64,000 bases of DNA from an uncultured Clostridia bacterium. Its GTDB lineage: Bacteria; Bacillota; Clostridia; Christensenellales; UBA1750. Positions 8,796 to 17,689 of this stretch are shown in pieces. Under the pieces are notes generated by a model that saw only the letters and a list, made by a program, of their open reading frames with translations, did not search any database and was not told the DNA's origin. The DNA is taken from NCBI GenBank assembly GCA_944383925.1, contig CALWRM010000015.1, positions 57,229-121,228 on the forward strand, read 5' to 3'. A program made the position numbers and the translations under genes. Each line of letters starts with the position of its first letter. Positions within the stretch are counted from its first letter, which is position 1.

Positions 8796-9812
8796 ATGAA
8801 GGCGTTGTTCATCGGCGGCACGGGGACCATCTCCTCGGCCATCACGGCCCTGGCGTCCAGCCTGGGCTGGGAGTTGCCGCTGCTCAACCGCGGCAACAGC
8901 AATGGGAGACTGCCCGAGGGCGTCGAGACCATCCGGGCGGACATCCACGACGAAGCGTCCGCCGCGCAAAAGCTCCAAGGCCGGCGTTTCGACGTGGTGG
9001 CGGACTTCATCGCCTTCGAGCCGGAGGCGGTGGAGCGGGATTACCGGCTCTTTGCCGGCAGGACCGGGCAATACATCTTCATCTCCTCGGCCTCGGCCTA
9101 TCAGAAGCCGCCCGTCACCCCCTTCATCACCGAAAGCACCCCCTTGCACAACCCCTACTGGCTCTATTCCCGCAACAAGGCCGCCTGCGAGGACGCGCTG
9201 ATGGCCCATTACCGCCGGGACGGCTTCCCCATCACCATCGTGCGGCCCAGCCACACCTATTCGGACCGCTCCGTGCCCGTCGGCCTGCACGGGGCCAAGG
9301 GCAGCTGGCAGGTGCTTCGCCGCATGCAGCTGGGCAAGAAGGTGATCATCCCCGGGGACGGCACCACCCTGTGGACCCTCACCCACAACGAGGACTTTGC
9401 CCGCGGCTTCCTGGGCCTGATGGGCAACCCCCACGCCATCGGCCAGAGCGTGCACATCACCTCCGACGAGCGGGTCACCTGGAACCAGGCCCACCAGGCC
9501 GTGGCCGCCGCCCTGGGCGTGGAGCTGAAGGCCATGCACGTCAGCTCCGAGTTTCTGGACGCCTGCTCCCCCACGGACCTGCTCGGGCCCCTGCTGGGCG
9601 ATAAGTCCAACAACGCCATCTTCGACAACAGCAAGATCAAGGAGCTGACCCCGGGCTTTACCGCCGCCATCCGCTTCGACCAGGGCGCCAGGCGCTGCGT
9701 CCGCTACATGCTGACCCATCCGGAAACCCAGGTGGAGGACCCGGACTTCGACCGTTGGTGCGACCGGGTGATCCAGGCTTTGGAGGAGGCCAAGGCCAAG
9801 CTGCGCCCCTAA
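8796..9812 (+). CDS. NAD-dependent epimerase/dehydratase (extended SDR)
   Basis: MKALFIGGTGTISSAI Rossmann motif and SASAYQKP (YxxxK region). AGGAGGG lies 8 nt upstream of ATG 8796. Confidence 0.8.
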   Translation: MKALFIGGTGTISSAITALASSLGWELPLLNRGNSNGRLPEGVETIRADIHDEASAAQKLQGRRFDVVADFIAFEPEAVERDYRLFAGRTGQYIFISSASAYQKPPVTPFITESTPLHNPYWLYSRNKAACEDALMAHYRRDGFPITIVRPSHTYSDRSVPVGLHGAKGSWQVLRRMQLGKKVIIPGDGTTLWTLTHNEDFARGFLGLMGNPHAIGQSVHITSDERVTWNQAHQAVAAALGVELKAMHVSSEFLDACSPTDLLGPLLGDKSNNAIFDNSKIKELTPGFTAAIRFDQGARRCVRYMLTHPETQVEDPDFDRWCDRVIQALEEAKAKLRP

Positions 9813-9951
9813 AACCCTCCGCCCGTGTTTCCACGGCAACACACCCCTTGGCTTTTTCCATGCAGGCCCCAAGGCTCGCCCTTGGGGCCGTTGTGGTATA
9901 GAAAAAGAAAGGGGAGTACAGAAGTTTTTGCAGAATGATTACGATGTGCGC

Positions 9952-9980
9952 TTGCGTAAAAATGGGCAACGTGCTATTAT
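9952..9980 (+). promoter_or_regulatory. Putative extended -10 promoter for surface-protein gene
   Basis: TTGCGT (9952-9957), 17-nt spacer ending in TGc, TATTAT (9975-9980). Confidence 0.55.
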
Positions 9981-10023
9981 GAGTACGCCAGCCAAATCAT
10001 ATGTATAGGAGGATGCCGAGAGA

Positions 10024-11481
10024 ATGAAAGGGTACATGTCCCTTTGTCTGGCTGTTCTGCTCGTGCTGGCCCTGTTGCCGACCATGGCGTTGGCGACTAC
10101 TACTACTAAAGTAGGCACAGCCGATGAATTGGCCAACGCCATTCAAAATGCAGAGAGCGGCGAGACCATCGAACTGACGGCGGACATTGTCGTGAATGTT
10201 GGGGGAGTTGACAAGAATAGTGGAAAGTTTATCATCCCCGACGGCGTCACCGGCGTCATCATAGACGGCAACAATAAGACCATTACGGTAACAGGAAATG
10301 CTGCTGCTTCACTCTTTCTGGTCAGCGGGGACAGCAGCTCGGCGACGATAAAAGACCTTACGATAAACGGCGCGAATAGTATTAAGCACGGCATGCAGGC
10401 ATATGGTGGCGCTAAGCTGACCGTGGAGAATGTAGAGGTGCAGAACTGCACCGGCTATGCCTTGGTGGTGAACGGCTCCACGGTGACGGTCGAAGGGAAG
10501 TATGGCCTGGTTACCGACGGCAGCAATGGATCAGGCGGCATCAACGTGGATCTTGGGAGCGGCGTAGAAACCCCTGCGACTCTAACCATTAAGAACGCGG
10601 AGATCGCGGAAGAGAATTCCGTGTATGTCGAGCATTCCCACAGCGAGGGTGTGGAAGTCACCGCCACCATCGAGGACGGCAGCTTCAAGTCGGTTGGCAT
10701 TGCCGAAGGTGAGACGAAGAATACAACCCTCAAGGTTTCCGGCGGTACGTTTACGACCCCGCCCACGGAATATGCAGGTTCAAATAAGACCGTGTGCACT
10801 GTGAATGGTACAACCTATGTGAACACCGAAGAGTATTTTTACAATAATATGAAGTTGGAGAAAGGCTGTATCATCACGGTGTGGAAAGGCGACCTGAAAC
10901 TACAAGTCCTACCCGCTGACGCTATGGTGACCAACAAGGGAAAGGGCCAAGTGACAGTGACAGTCGGTAGCATTTCGGTGGGTCCTGGCGAAAGCTACCC
11001 ACCGCAACCCACCAAGCCCACCGAGCCCACCAAGCCCATCGCGGGCGTGGTGATTGGCGGCGGCAACCAGCAGGAGGACGAGGACGAGCCCGAGCAGAGC
11101 CCCAGCAGCGCGCTGCGCTATGCGGTGATCTGCCGCACGCTGAACGTGCGCTCCGGCCCCGGCACCGAGTATAGCAAGCTGGGCACCCTGTCCCGCGGGA
11201 CGCTGCTGGACGGCGAGCTGCTTTCCAACGGCTGGGTGAAGTTCAGCTACAACGGCCAGACGGCCTATGTGAGCGGCATGTATGTGCAGAGCGTGGAGAA
11301 CGGCCAGCTGAGCGTGCAGTGCGGCACGCTGAACGTGCGCTCGGGCGCCGGCACCTCCTACAGCAAGATCGGCGCGCTGTATCGCGGCACCTATGTGAAG
11401 CCCTTGGAGACCCAGGGCAATTGGTACAAGATCGGCTACGACGGCGGCTACGGCTGGATCTGCGCGGACTACGTGGGTTAG
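10024..11481 (+). CDS. Secreted protein: signal peptide, parallel beta-helix-like domain, PT/acidic linker, two SH3b domains
   Basis: N-terminal signal (MSLCLAVLLVLALLPTMALA). Repetitive G/N/T/V-rich beta-helix-like repeats (TITVTGN, LTINGAN, TVENVEVQNCTGYALVVNGSTVTVEG). Linker PPQPTKPTEPTKP...EDEDEPEQ. Two copies of the LNVRSGxGTxYSKxG SH3b signature. Confidence 0.75.
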   Translation: MKGYMSLCLAVLLVLALLPTMALATTTTKVGTADELANAIQNAESGETIELTADIVVNVGGVDKNSGKFIIPDGVTGVIIDGNNKTITVTGNAAASLFLVSGDSSSATIKDLTINGANSIKHGMQAYGGAKLTVENVEVQNCTGYALVVNGSTVTVEGKYGLVTDGSNGSGGINVDLGSGVETPATLTIKNAEIAEENSVYVEHSHSEGVEVTATIEDGSFKSVGIAEGETKNTTLKVSGGTFTTPPTEYAGSNKTVCTVNGTTYVNTEEYFYNNMKLEKGCIITVWKGDLKLQVLPADAMVTNKGKGQVTVTVGSISVGPGESYPPQPTKPTEPTKPIAGVVIGGGNQQEDEDEPEQSPSSALRYAVICRTLNVRSGPGTEYSKLGTLSRGTLLDGELLSNGWVKFSYNGQTAYVSGMYVQSVENGQLSVQCGTLNVRSGAGTSYSKIGALYRGTYVKPLETQGNWYKIGYDGGYGWICADYVG

Positions 11482-11515
11482 CCGCGCGGCCTTCCCTCCC
11501 CAAAGAGGCAGCAAC

Positions 11516-11545
11516 AGGCCCGCCCCGCGATTGCGGGGCGGGCCT
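11516..11545. terminator. Bidirectional hairpin between convergent genes
   Basis: AGGCCCGCCCCGC-gatt-GCGGGGCGGGCCT, a perfect 13-bp stem followed by TTTCC. Confidence 0.7.
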
Positions 11546-11572
11546 TTCCTGTGCAGGAGGAAGGGGAAGGCG

Positions 11573-11965
11573 CTAGCGCTGCTCCTGCAGGCGCAGCCAG
11601 AACATGCCCACCGCCACGTCGCACAGGCAGCGCTTGTCCTCCATGGAGAGGACCTGGCCGTTCATGGAGACGGTGTGGGTGAGGAGAAAGTCGGCATACT
11701 CGTAGACCTGGGCGCTGGCAAAGGCGTCGGCCGTGCGGCGCTCGGAGGTGCGGCCGAGCAGATAATCCACGGAGACGTTAAAGAAATCGGCGAAGGCCAC
11801 GAGTTGGTTGATTTCCGGCTCGCGAAGGCCGCGCTCGTAGCCGCCGATGGCGCTGGGGGAGAGGTTGAAGTGTTGGGCGAGCTCGCGCTGTTGAAGGCCG
11901 AGCTCCTTGCGCAGAACGCGCAGGCGGTCGCCAAAGGATGCTATGGTTTCCGGCATATCGCTCAC
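11573..11965 (-). CDS. XRE-family helix-turn-helix transcriptional regulator
   Basis: FGDRLRVLRKELGLQQRELAQHFNLSPSAIGGYERGLREPEINQLVAFADFFNVSVDYLLGR is a typical Cro/C1 HTH. Confidence 0.85.
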   Translation of the reverse strand: MSDMPETIASFGDRLRVLRKELGLQQRELAQHFNLSPSAIGGYERGLREPEINQLVAFADFFNVSVDYLLGRTSERRTADAFASAQVYEYADFLLTHTVSMNGQVLSMEDKRCLCDVAVGMFWLRLQEQR

Positions 11966-12072
11966 TCCTTCCTAACGCCTATAATAGTTTAACACAAAAT
12001 GGCCAATTTGCATAGCTTCGAAGAAGAACAACGTGATGGGCCGGTAGCCTCCCGCTTTTTTGGAAAAATCCC

Positions 12073-12101
12073 TTGACAAACAGGGGAACTTGGAATATAA
12101 T
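12073..12101 (+). promoter_or_regulatory. Consensus sigma-A promoter driving tRNA-Pro
   Basis: TTGACA (12073-12078), 17-nt spacer, TATAAT (12096-12101). Both hexamers are perfect. Confidence 0.8.
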
Positions 12102-12130
12102 ACTTTTTGTTCGCGGGAAACCGGAACCAT

Positions 12131-12207
12131 CTGGGTGTGGCGCAGTTTGGTAGCGTGCTTGAATGGGGTTCAAGAGGCCGGAGGTTCAAATCCTCTCACC
12201 CAGACCA
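12131..12207 (+). tRNA. tRNA-Pro, anticodon GGG, CCA encoded
   Basis: Hand-folded cloverleaf. Acceptor CTGGGTG/CACCCAG with C1:G72. D stem GCGC/GCGT. Anticodon stem CTTGA/TCAAG with loop A-T-GGG-G-T (G37). T arm GGAGG-TTCAAAT-CCTCT. Then ACCA. Confidence 0.9.
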
Positions 12208-12210
12208 GGT

Positions 12211-12245
12211 CGGAGCAAAGTTCGCTTTGCTCCGGCGTTTTTTTG
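12211..12245 (+). terminator. Rho-independent terminator after tRNA-Pro
   Basis: CGGAGCAAAG-ttcg-CTTTGCTCCG followed by GCGTTTTTTT. Confidence 0.85.
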
Positions 12246-12287
12246 TTTCCGGCAAGGGGACGTCCGCCTTTTGCCGCTCGTACAGGA

Positions 12288-12319
12288 ACGGAACAAGCCG
12301 GGGCTTGCTCCGTTTTTTT
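12288..12319 (+). terminator. Second tandem hairpin + T-run
   Basis: ACGGAACAAGC-cggg-GCTTGCTCCGT (one mismatch) followed by TTTTTTT. It may also serve the convergent minus-strand gene ending at 12347. Confidence 0.6.
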
Positions 12320-12346
12320 CGGCGGCTGGGTCCGCGCGCGGGGGGG

Positions 12347-13342
12347 CTACAGGGCGGCGTCCGGCCGGTAGAGGGCGCGGCCCTCTCGCAGGCAGTCGGA
12401 CAGCTCCATGGCGCCAAGGCCCGTTTCCAGGGTGTCGGCGGGCATGCGGCCGGCGTCCACGTCCTGCAGGAAGCTGCGAAGCTGGTGGTAGAAGCCGTTG
12501 CTCTCGAACATCGCGGGCCCGTCGCCCAGGGCCAGTCCGTCGGCCTGGAACACCCGCTCCCCGCCGCTGTACTCGGCGAGCAGGCCCGGATTGCCCCGCG
12601 CTCCCCAGATGGGCAGGTCCACGAAGAGGCTGCCGCCGTCCACGCAGACGGCCAGCTGTTCGCAGACCAGGCCGGCGCAGGGGCAGAAGGAGAGGCTGGC
12701 CGTGGCGCCGGAGCCGTAGCGGCACAGAGCCTGCACGTTTTGCACGCCGATCCCCTGGTCCGGCAGGGGCTGGTAGAGGCTGTGCATCTCCAGACAGGCG
12801 CCGCCGGCCAGGTAAAGGCACAGGTCCAGGCCGTGCACGGCGGTGGTGTGAAAATGATCCTCGCGCCGGTCCACCCGGTGCATGCGGTAGTCGATGTGGC
12901 GAATGGGACGGCCCTGCAGCCGGTCCAGCAGGGCCCGGATCAGGGGCATGTGGCGGCGGTTGAAGGCCACCTGGTGGATCGTGCCGGAGTCGCGGGCCGC
13001 CTGTAGGAGGGCCCGGGCCTGCGCCGCATTCTCGCCCAGGGGCTTTTCCAGCAGGGTGGGAACGCCGAGGCGCAGCAGCTCCTCGGCGATGGCGGCCGTG
13101 ACGGTGAAGGGCGTGACCAGCAGCACGCAATCGGGCCGTTCTTCCCGAAGCATGCGGCGCCAGTCGCCATAGGAGCGGCCTTGGCCAAGCTCGGCGCGGA
13201 AGCGGCGGGCCCTTTCCTCGTCCAGGTCGCTGCAGCCCGCAAAGCGCAGGCCGCCGTCCTCGCGCAGGCAGCGGGCCAGGGAGGGCAGATGGGATTGGAA
13301 GGCCTGACCGCCGCAGCCGATGATGCAGATGCTCAGTTCCAT
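12347..13342 (-). CDS. Gfo/Idh/MocA-family NAD(P) oxidoreductase
   Basis: MELSICIIGCGGQAFQSHLPSL Rossmann start and the EKPL motif (LLEKPLGEN). GGAGG lies 9 nt upstream of ATG 13342. The longer ORF in the track is a GC-driven extension. Confidence 0.8.
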   Translation of the reverse strand: MELSICIIGCGGQAFQSHLPSLARCLREDGGLRFAGCSDLDEERARRFRAELGQGRSYGDWRRMLREERPDCVLLVTPFTVTAAIAEELLRLGVPTLLEKPLGENAAQARALLQAARDSGTIHQVAFNRRHMPLIRALLDRLQGRPIRHIDYRMHRVDRREDHFHTTAVHGLDLCLYLAGGACLEMHSLYQPLPDQGIGVQNVQALCRYGSGATASLSFCPCAGLVCEQLAVCVDGGSLFVDLPIWGARGNPGLLAEYSGGERVFQADGLALGDGPAMFESNGFYHQLRSFLQDVDAGRMPADTLETGLGAMELSDCLREGRALYRPDAAL

Positions 13343-13460
13343 GACAAAACGCCTCCTTGGGGCCGGGCCCGCTTGCCGGGACTCCGGCGGGATGGTATAC
13401 TTTAGGCAAAAGGACGAGGTGCGCGCCCCGCGCGGCGGCGCGCCTGGGGGAGGAAGAACC

Positions 13461-14330
13461 ATGCGCGAAGGGATGGCCCTTGGGCTGTATTCCCCGGAGA
13501 TTCCCGAGCGGGAGCCGGACAGGCTCTTTGCCCGCGCCGCGGGGCTGGGCGCCACGGCCATGCAGTTCAGCTTCGCCAGCACCCACGGCCAGGAGCTGCC
13601 GCCGGCGCTGCCCCGCGAGCAGGCGGAGGAGATCGGCCGGCAGGCCAGGGCGGCGGGCGTGGCCATCGAGGCGGTCAACGGCACCTTCAACATGCTGGAG
13701 GGGGCGGAGCGGCTGGAGGAGGACCTGCGCCGCTTTCGGGGGGTGGCCAGCGTGCTGGACGCCCTTGGCTGCCGCTGTATGACCCTTTGCACGGGCTCCT
13801 ACAGCCCGGCGGGCATGTGGGTCTACCATCCAGACAACGGGGGCGAGGAGGCCTTTTTGCGGGCCGTGGCGGTGACAAAAAGGCTATTGCCCATCGCCGA
13901 GGACTTTGACCTGCGGCTGTTGGTGGAAACGGAGGCCTCCAACGCCATCTGCACGCCCGAAAGGACCCGGCGCTATCTGGACGCGGTGGCCTCCCCGCGC
14001 CTGGGCGTGATCATGGACTGCGCCAACCTGTTTCCGGCGGGCACGGCCCAGCGGCGGAACGTGCGCCCCACCATCGAGCGGGCCTTCCGGCTGCTGGGCG
14101 GGGACGTGGTGCTGGCCCACGGAAAGGACGTGTTGGAGGCGGAAAAGCCCGCCTTCACGGCGCCCGGCCTCGGCATCGTGGATTACCCCTTCTTCTTCCA
14201 GCAGCTTCGGGCCGTCGGCTACCGCGGCAGCCTGATCCTGCACGGCATCAAGCAGGCGGAGCAGCTGGAGCCGAGCATGCGCCGCATGCGGGCGCTGCTG
14301 GAGCAGCCGGGCCGCTTTGGGGTATTGTAG
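13461..14330 (+). CDS. Sugar-phosphate isomerase/epimerase (xylose-isomerase-like TIM barrel)
   Basis: The pattern ...LLVETEASN...VIMDCANLF...AHGKD matches AP-endonuclease-2/TIM-barrel family signatures. ATG 13461 follows GGGGGAGGAAG. Confidence 0.7.
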   Translation: MREGMALGLYSPEIPEREPDRLFARAAGLGATAMQFSFASTHGQELPPALPREQAEEIGRQARAAGVAIEAVNGTFNMLEGAERLEEDLRRFRGVASVLDALGCRCMTLCTGSYSPAGMWVYHPDNGGEEAFLRAVAVTKRLLPIAEDFDLRLLVETEASNAICTPERTRRYLDAVASPRLGVIMDCANLFPAGTAQRRNVRPTIERAFRLLGGDVVLAHGKDVLEAEKPAFTAPGLGIVDYPFFFQQLRAVGYRGSLILHGIKQAEQLEPSMRRMRALLEQPGRFGVL

Positions 14331-14366
14331 CACGACGACTTGTCCCAAGGCAATTTGAAAATGAAA

Positions 14367-14394
14367 GGGGCCCGCGCATCGAGCGCGGGCCCCG
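14367..14394. terminator. Bidirectional hairpin between convergent genes
   Basis: GGGGCCCGCGC-atcga-GCGCGGGCCCC. Confidence 0.7.
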
Positions 14395-14406
14395 GCTTGT
14401 TGGGGC

Positions 14407-15444
14407 TTAGGCGGCCGGGTCGGGCTGGGCGTCCGGTTCGGAGATCCATTCCAGAAGATCGCCCCAGAGGGGATGGGTTTCGTCCATCACCAGGGTGGTG
14501 TTCTCGCTCAGGGCCGTTTCCAGCGCCTGCAGGGAGCGCCAGTAGGCGTAAAACTCCGGGTCCACGCTGTAGGCCTCGGCGTAAATGGCCAGCGCCTCGG
14601 CGTCGCCCTCGCCCTTGATGCGCTCGGCGTCGCGGATGGCGTCGGAGGTGATGACCCGGGCGTCGCGGTCGGCGGCGGCCACGGCCTTGTTGTATTCCTC
14701 CTCGCCCTCGGAGCGCAGCTGCTGGGCCACCTTGGCCCGGTTGGCGATCATGCGCTCATAGGTGGACTGCATGTTGGCGTCGGGCAGCAGGGTGCGGTTG
14801 ACCTGGATGTCCTTAAAGCGGATGCCGCTCTCCTTGACCGTATCGTTGATGGTGGCCAGGGCCTCGTCCAAGACCTGGTTGAGCACGTCCTTGTTGTTGA
14901 CGAAGTCCTCGGCGCTCAGGTTGTTGATGTTTTGCACGATCACGGGAAAGACCAGGTTGTCCAGGTATTGCTCGGCCTTGACCATGTTTTGCTGGGTGAT
15001 GGAAAACAGCGCCGGATTGGCGATCTGCCATTGGCCGAAGATGGTGACGTAATACTGCTTCTTGTCCGAGGTGTTGACCGGCTCGGCGTTGGAGGTGAAG
15101 GTGTTGAGCCTTCCGTCGTAAATCTGCACCTGGGTGACGAAGGGCAGCTTGAAGCGCAGGCCCTTGTCCTTGACGACCTTCACATCCTGCAGGCGGGTGC
15201 CTTCGGCGTTCATCAGGCCGGGGTACAGCTCCATGAAGTCGTTGGACGGGGTCAGCACCACCTCCTCGATGACGCCAAAGCGGGACAACACCGCCTGTTC
15301 GTTCTCACCGATGACGTAGATGGAGTTGAACAGCAGCACCAGGGCCGCCAGGGCGCAGCCGGCGCTGAGCAGAACGATCTTGAGAATGCGGCCGGCGCGG
15401 CGGTTTCTTTCGCGCTGGTTGAGATCGATGGGCTCGTTGCTCAT
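14407..15444 (-). CDS. hflC: SPFH/band-7 protein, HflC-like protease modulator
   Basis: N-terminal TM segment, an SPFH core and a charged coiled region (AQQLRSEGEEEYNKAVAAADRDA). Its start overlaps the stop of the upstream hflK-like gene. Confidence 0.8.
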   Translation of the reverse strand: MSNEPIDLNQRERNRRAGRILKIVLLSAGCALAALVLLFNSIYVIGENEQAVLSRFGVIEEVVLTPSNDFMELYPGLMNAEGTRLQDVKVVKDKGLRFKLPFVTQVQIYDGRLNTFTSNAEPVNTSDKKQYYVTIFGQWQIANPALFSITQQNMVKAEQYLDNLVFPVIVQNINNLSAEDFVNNKDVLNQVLDEALATINDTVKESGIRFKDIQVNRTLLPDANMQSTYERMIANRAKVAQQLRSEGEEEYNKAVAAADRDARVITSDAIRDAERIKGEGDAEALAIYAEAYSVDPEFYAYWRSLQALETALSENTTLVMDETHPLWGDLLEWISEPDAQPDPAA

Positions 15445-16376
15445 TTGCTTGCGTCGCCTCCTTCAATGTCCAGCAGCTGCAGCAGCTCGCTGTCGGCGCT
15501 GAGAATGGTCTTGGACTGGGCGTTTTGCAGGATCTTTTCCATGGTCTCGATCATCAGGCGCTTGCGGGTGATGTCCTTGTCCAGCACGTACTTTTCATAG
15601 ACGCTGGTGAAGTTGGCCACGTCGCCCGTCGCCTGGGAAACGACCTCCGCCTTGTAGGCCTCGGCCTCCTGCACCATTTGGTAGGCCTCGCTGCGCGCAG
15701 CGGGGATGACCTCGTTCTTGTAGCGCTCCGCCTCGTCCAGCTTGCGGGTCTTCTCGTTCTTGGCGTTGTTCACGTCCTCGTAGGCCGCGTTGACCTCCGT
15801 GGGGACGGTGATGTTTTGAATGCGGATCTCGCGCACCGTCACGCCGATGGCGTAGGAATCCAGCATGGATTGAAAGTCCGGCAGGACCTCCTGCTCGATG
15901 TCCTGCTTGTTGAGCAGGGCGTCGTCCAGCTCCTTGTTCTGGATGTTGCGGCGCATGGCCGTTTCAAAGGCCAGCATCAAGGTCTCGTCCGGGTTTTGCA
16001 CCTCGTGCAGATAGGCTTGTGCGTCCCGAACGGAGTATTGGCATACGGCCTCTACGCGCACCAGGTTGTCGTCGCCGGTGAGCATGAGGGCTTCGTCCTC
16101 CACGTCGGTGTAGCTCATGGAGCCGCTGGCGTCCACCCCCGAGCTGCGAAAGCCGAGCTCCAGGGTATGGATCTGCGAGGTGGATACCTTTTCCACGGTC
16201 TGGATCACCGGCACGCGCCAGTACAGCCCGGGGTCCTTGTAGCCGGTGACTTCCTTGAAGGTCAGCAGCAATCCCTGCTGGCCCTCGTCGATGCGGTAAA
16301 CGCCGCTCAGGGCCAGAAGAGCCAGGACGCCCACGACGCATAGGACGACGATGAGCTTCGTTTTGCCTGTTTTCAT
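15441..16376 (-). CDS. hflK: SPFH/band-7 protein, HflK-like protease modulator
   Basis: MKTGKTKLIVVLCVVGVLALL TM segment followed by an SPFH domain. It overlaps hflC by 4 nt. ATG 16376 follows GGAGGGG; the ORF is open to 16457. Confidence 0.8.
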   Translation of the reverse strand: MKTGKTKLIVVLCVVGVLALLALSGVYRIDEGQQGLLLTFKEVTGYKDPGLYWRVPVIQTVEKVSTSQIHTLELGFRSSGVDASGSMSYTDVEDEALMLTGDDNLVRVEAVCQYSVRDAQAYLHEVQNPDETLMLAFETAMRRNIQNKELDDALLNKQDIEQEVLPDFQSMLDSYAIGVTVREIRIQNITVPTEVNAAYEDVNNAKNEKTRKLDEAERYKNEVIPAARSEAYQMVQEAEAYKAEVVSQATGDVANFTSVYEKYVLDKDITRKRLMIETMEKILQNAQSKTILSADSELLQLLDIEGGDASK

Positions 16377-16467
16377 GGCGGTGGTAAACCCCTCCTTGTT
16401 GTTGCTTGCCCAATCCCGTCCGAAGGGACCGGCGGGCAGCTTGGATGCTCCTAGCATACCACAAAAT

Positions 16468-16498
16468 AAACGTCCCCGCGAGCATGCGGGGACGTTTT
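16468..16498 (-). terminator. Terminator downstream of GNAT gene
   Basis: AAACGTCCCCGC-gagcat-GCGGGGACGTTT. There is a T-rich tail on the minus strand (TTTATTTTGT). Confidence 0.7.
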
Positions 16499-16550
16499 AT
16501 ACAGCAGGGCCGCCCAAAACCTACCTTTGGCCGCCAAGAACCATCGGCGG

Positions 16551-16958
16551 CTAGCGGTTCATGAAATAGAAGGCAACAAGGCCCGTCTCCTCAAAGGGAA
16601 CAAAGCCCAGGGAGTTGTAGAAGGCGCGAAGCTCGGGCGTATTGTCCGTGGAAAGGACTTTCTGGCGCACGGAGGCGTATTTTTTGAGCGTATGGGTCAT
16701 CAGCGCCGTGCCGATGCCATGGCGGCGGCGGTCCGCCAACACCAGGATATCCTGGATGTAGAGGATGCTCACCCCATCGCCCACGGCCCGCAACAGGCCC
16801 ACCAGCTCCTCCTCCTCGTAAACGCACAGGAGATACAGGGAGTTTTCCAGGGCGGTTCGCAGGGCGGGCAGATCGTCCGTATAGGCGACCCAGCCCGCGT
16901 CGTTATAAAGCCTGACCAACGCCGCGTCGCTGGGCAGGCGGTTTTCCTCATAGCGCAT
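16551..16958 (-). CDS. GNAT-family N-acetyltransferase
   Basis: ILVLADRRRHGIGTALMTH acetyl-CoA-binding (R/Q-x-x-G-x-G/A) motif. AAAGGAG lies 10 nt upstream of ATG 16958. Confidence 0.8.
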   Translation of the reverse strand: MRYEENRLPSDAALVRLYNDAGWVAYTDDLPALRTALENSLYLLCVYEEEELVGLLRAVGDGVSILYIQDILVLADRRRHGIGTALMTHTLKKYASVRQKVLSTDNTPELRAFYNSLGFVPFEETGLVAFYFMNR

Positions 16959-16987
16959 GGGACGGACACTCCTTTGCAACGAAGTCT

Positions 16988-17515
16988 CTATTTTTCGGGC
17001 GCAGCCCCCTCCTGGGCGGACGGGTCCCCGGCGGGGAGCGCCTCGGCCTCTTCCTCGGCCACGGGGTCGATGGGGGGAAGGCCGTAGGCCTCGACCACGG
17101 CCCGGGCCTTTTCCAGCTCCTCCGGCTCGAAGGGGATGGCCAGCACGTCGCGGCCCCGGGTCTTGCCCTTGGCCACGAAGCTGAAGGCGAAGACCAGGCG
17201 GTCCTCCAGCAGATCCAGGCCCGTCACATCCGTGCCGAAGGTGGAAAAGTTGTATACTTGCCCTTCGAACAGCACGCCCCGGCGGCAGACCACCGCCCCG
17301 CAGGCGAAGCTGGCGAGGGGCTCGCGCAGCACCCGCTTGGCGGCGCTCACCTTCAGCAGCAGCGCCAGAAACAGGATGCCGCCCGCCAGCAGCAGGACCC
17401 AGCCAACGCCGCGCAACAGCCCCACCCAGGGCTGCAGGGCCAGGAGCAGGCCGCAGAGGGCCATCAGGCCGGACTTGAGCAGCTCGATCTTATAGGGTTG
17501 AGCGCGCATGCGCAT
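16988..17515 (-). CDS. Hypothetical membrane protein (two TM helices plus a soluble C-terminal domain)
   Basis: Two hydrophobic helices (LMALCGLLLAL, VGWVLLLAGGILFLALLL) and an acidic C-terminus. I recognise no family. Confidence 0.5.
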   Translation of the reverse strand: MRMRAQPYKIELLKSGLMALCGLLLALQPWVGLLRGVGWVLLLAGGILFLALLLKVSAAKRVLREPLASFACGAVVCRRGVLFEGQVYNFSTFGTDVTGLDLLEDRLVFAFSFVAKGKTRGRDVLAIPFEPEELEKARAVVEAYGLPPIDPVAEEEAEALPAGDPSAQEGAAPEK

Positions 17516-17631
17516 GGACCTCCTTCGCTTGGAACGGCTTTAGTATAGCACAGCGGCGGCCTCGTTGACAATGGACAAGCAAGGGCAAGCCACGACAGGG
17601 GCGGTCGAAGCGCACGAAGGGGAAAAGGAAA

Positions 17632-17655
17632 GGCGCCGGCCTGGCGGCCGGCGCC
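17632..17655 (-). terminator. Terminator after plsY
   Basis: GGCGCCGGCC-tggc-GGCCGGCGCC with a T-rich tail on the minus strand (TTTCCTTTTCC). Confidence 0.6.
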
Positions 17656-17689
17656 GGGTGCTCCGAAAGAGGCGCGCGGGCGAGAGGGA

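Noticed and set aside
11573-11965. XRE regulator as the antitoxin of a toxin-antitoxin pair.
   Set aside because: There is no small partner ORF in operon with it. It is flanked by a convergent terminator and the tRNA promoter.
9813-12320. Possible integrative element at tRNA-Pro, suggested by the lower-GC surface-protein gene, the XRE regulator and the tRNA.
   Set aside because: There is no integrase, recombinase, excisionase or phage/plasmid gene. I could not find a direct repeat of the tRNA 3' end anywhere in the window. The tRNA also lies downstream of this segment rather than at its 5' boundary in the usual att orientation.
14407-16376. hflK/hflC pair considered as part of a membrane-associated defence or stress system.
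   Set aside because: This is a standard SPFH pair with a 4-nt overlap. No associated NfeD, nuclease, protease or other effector gene is adjacent. I treat it as housekeeping.
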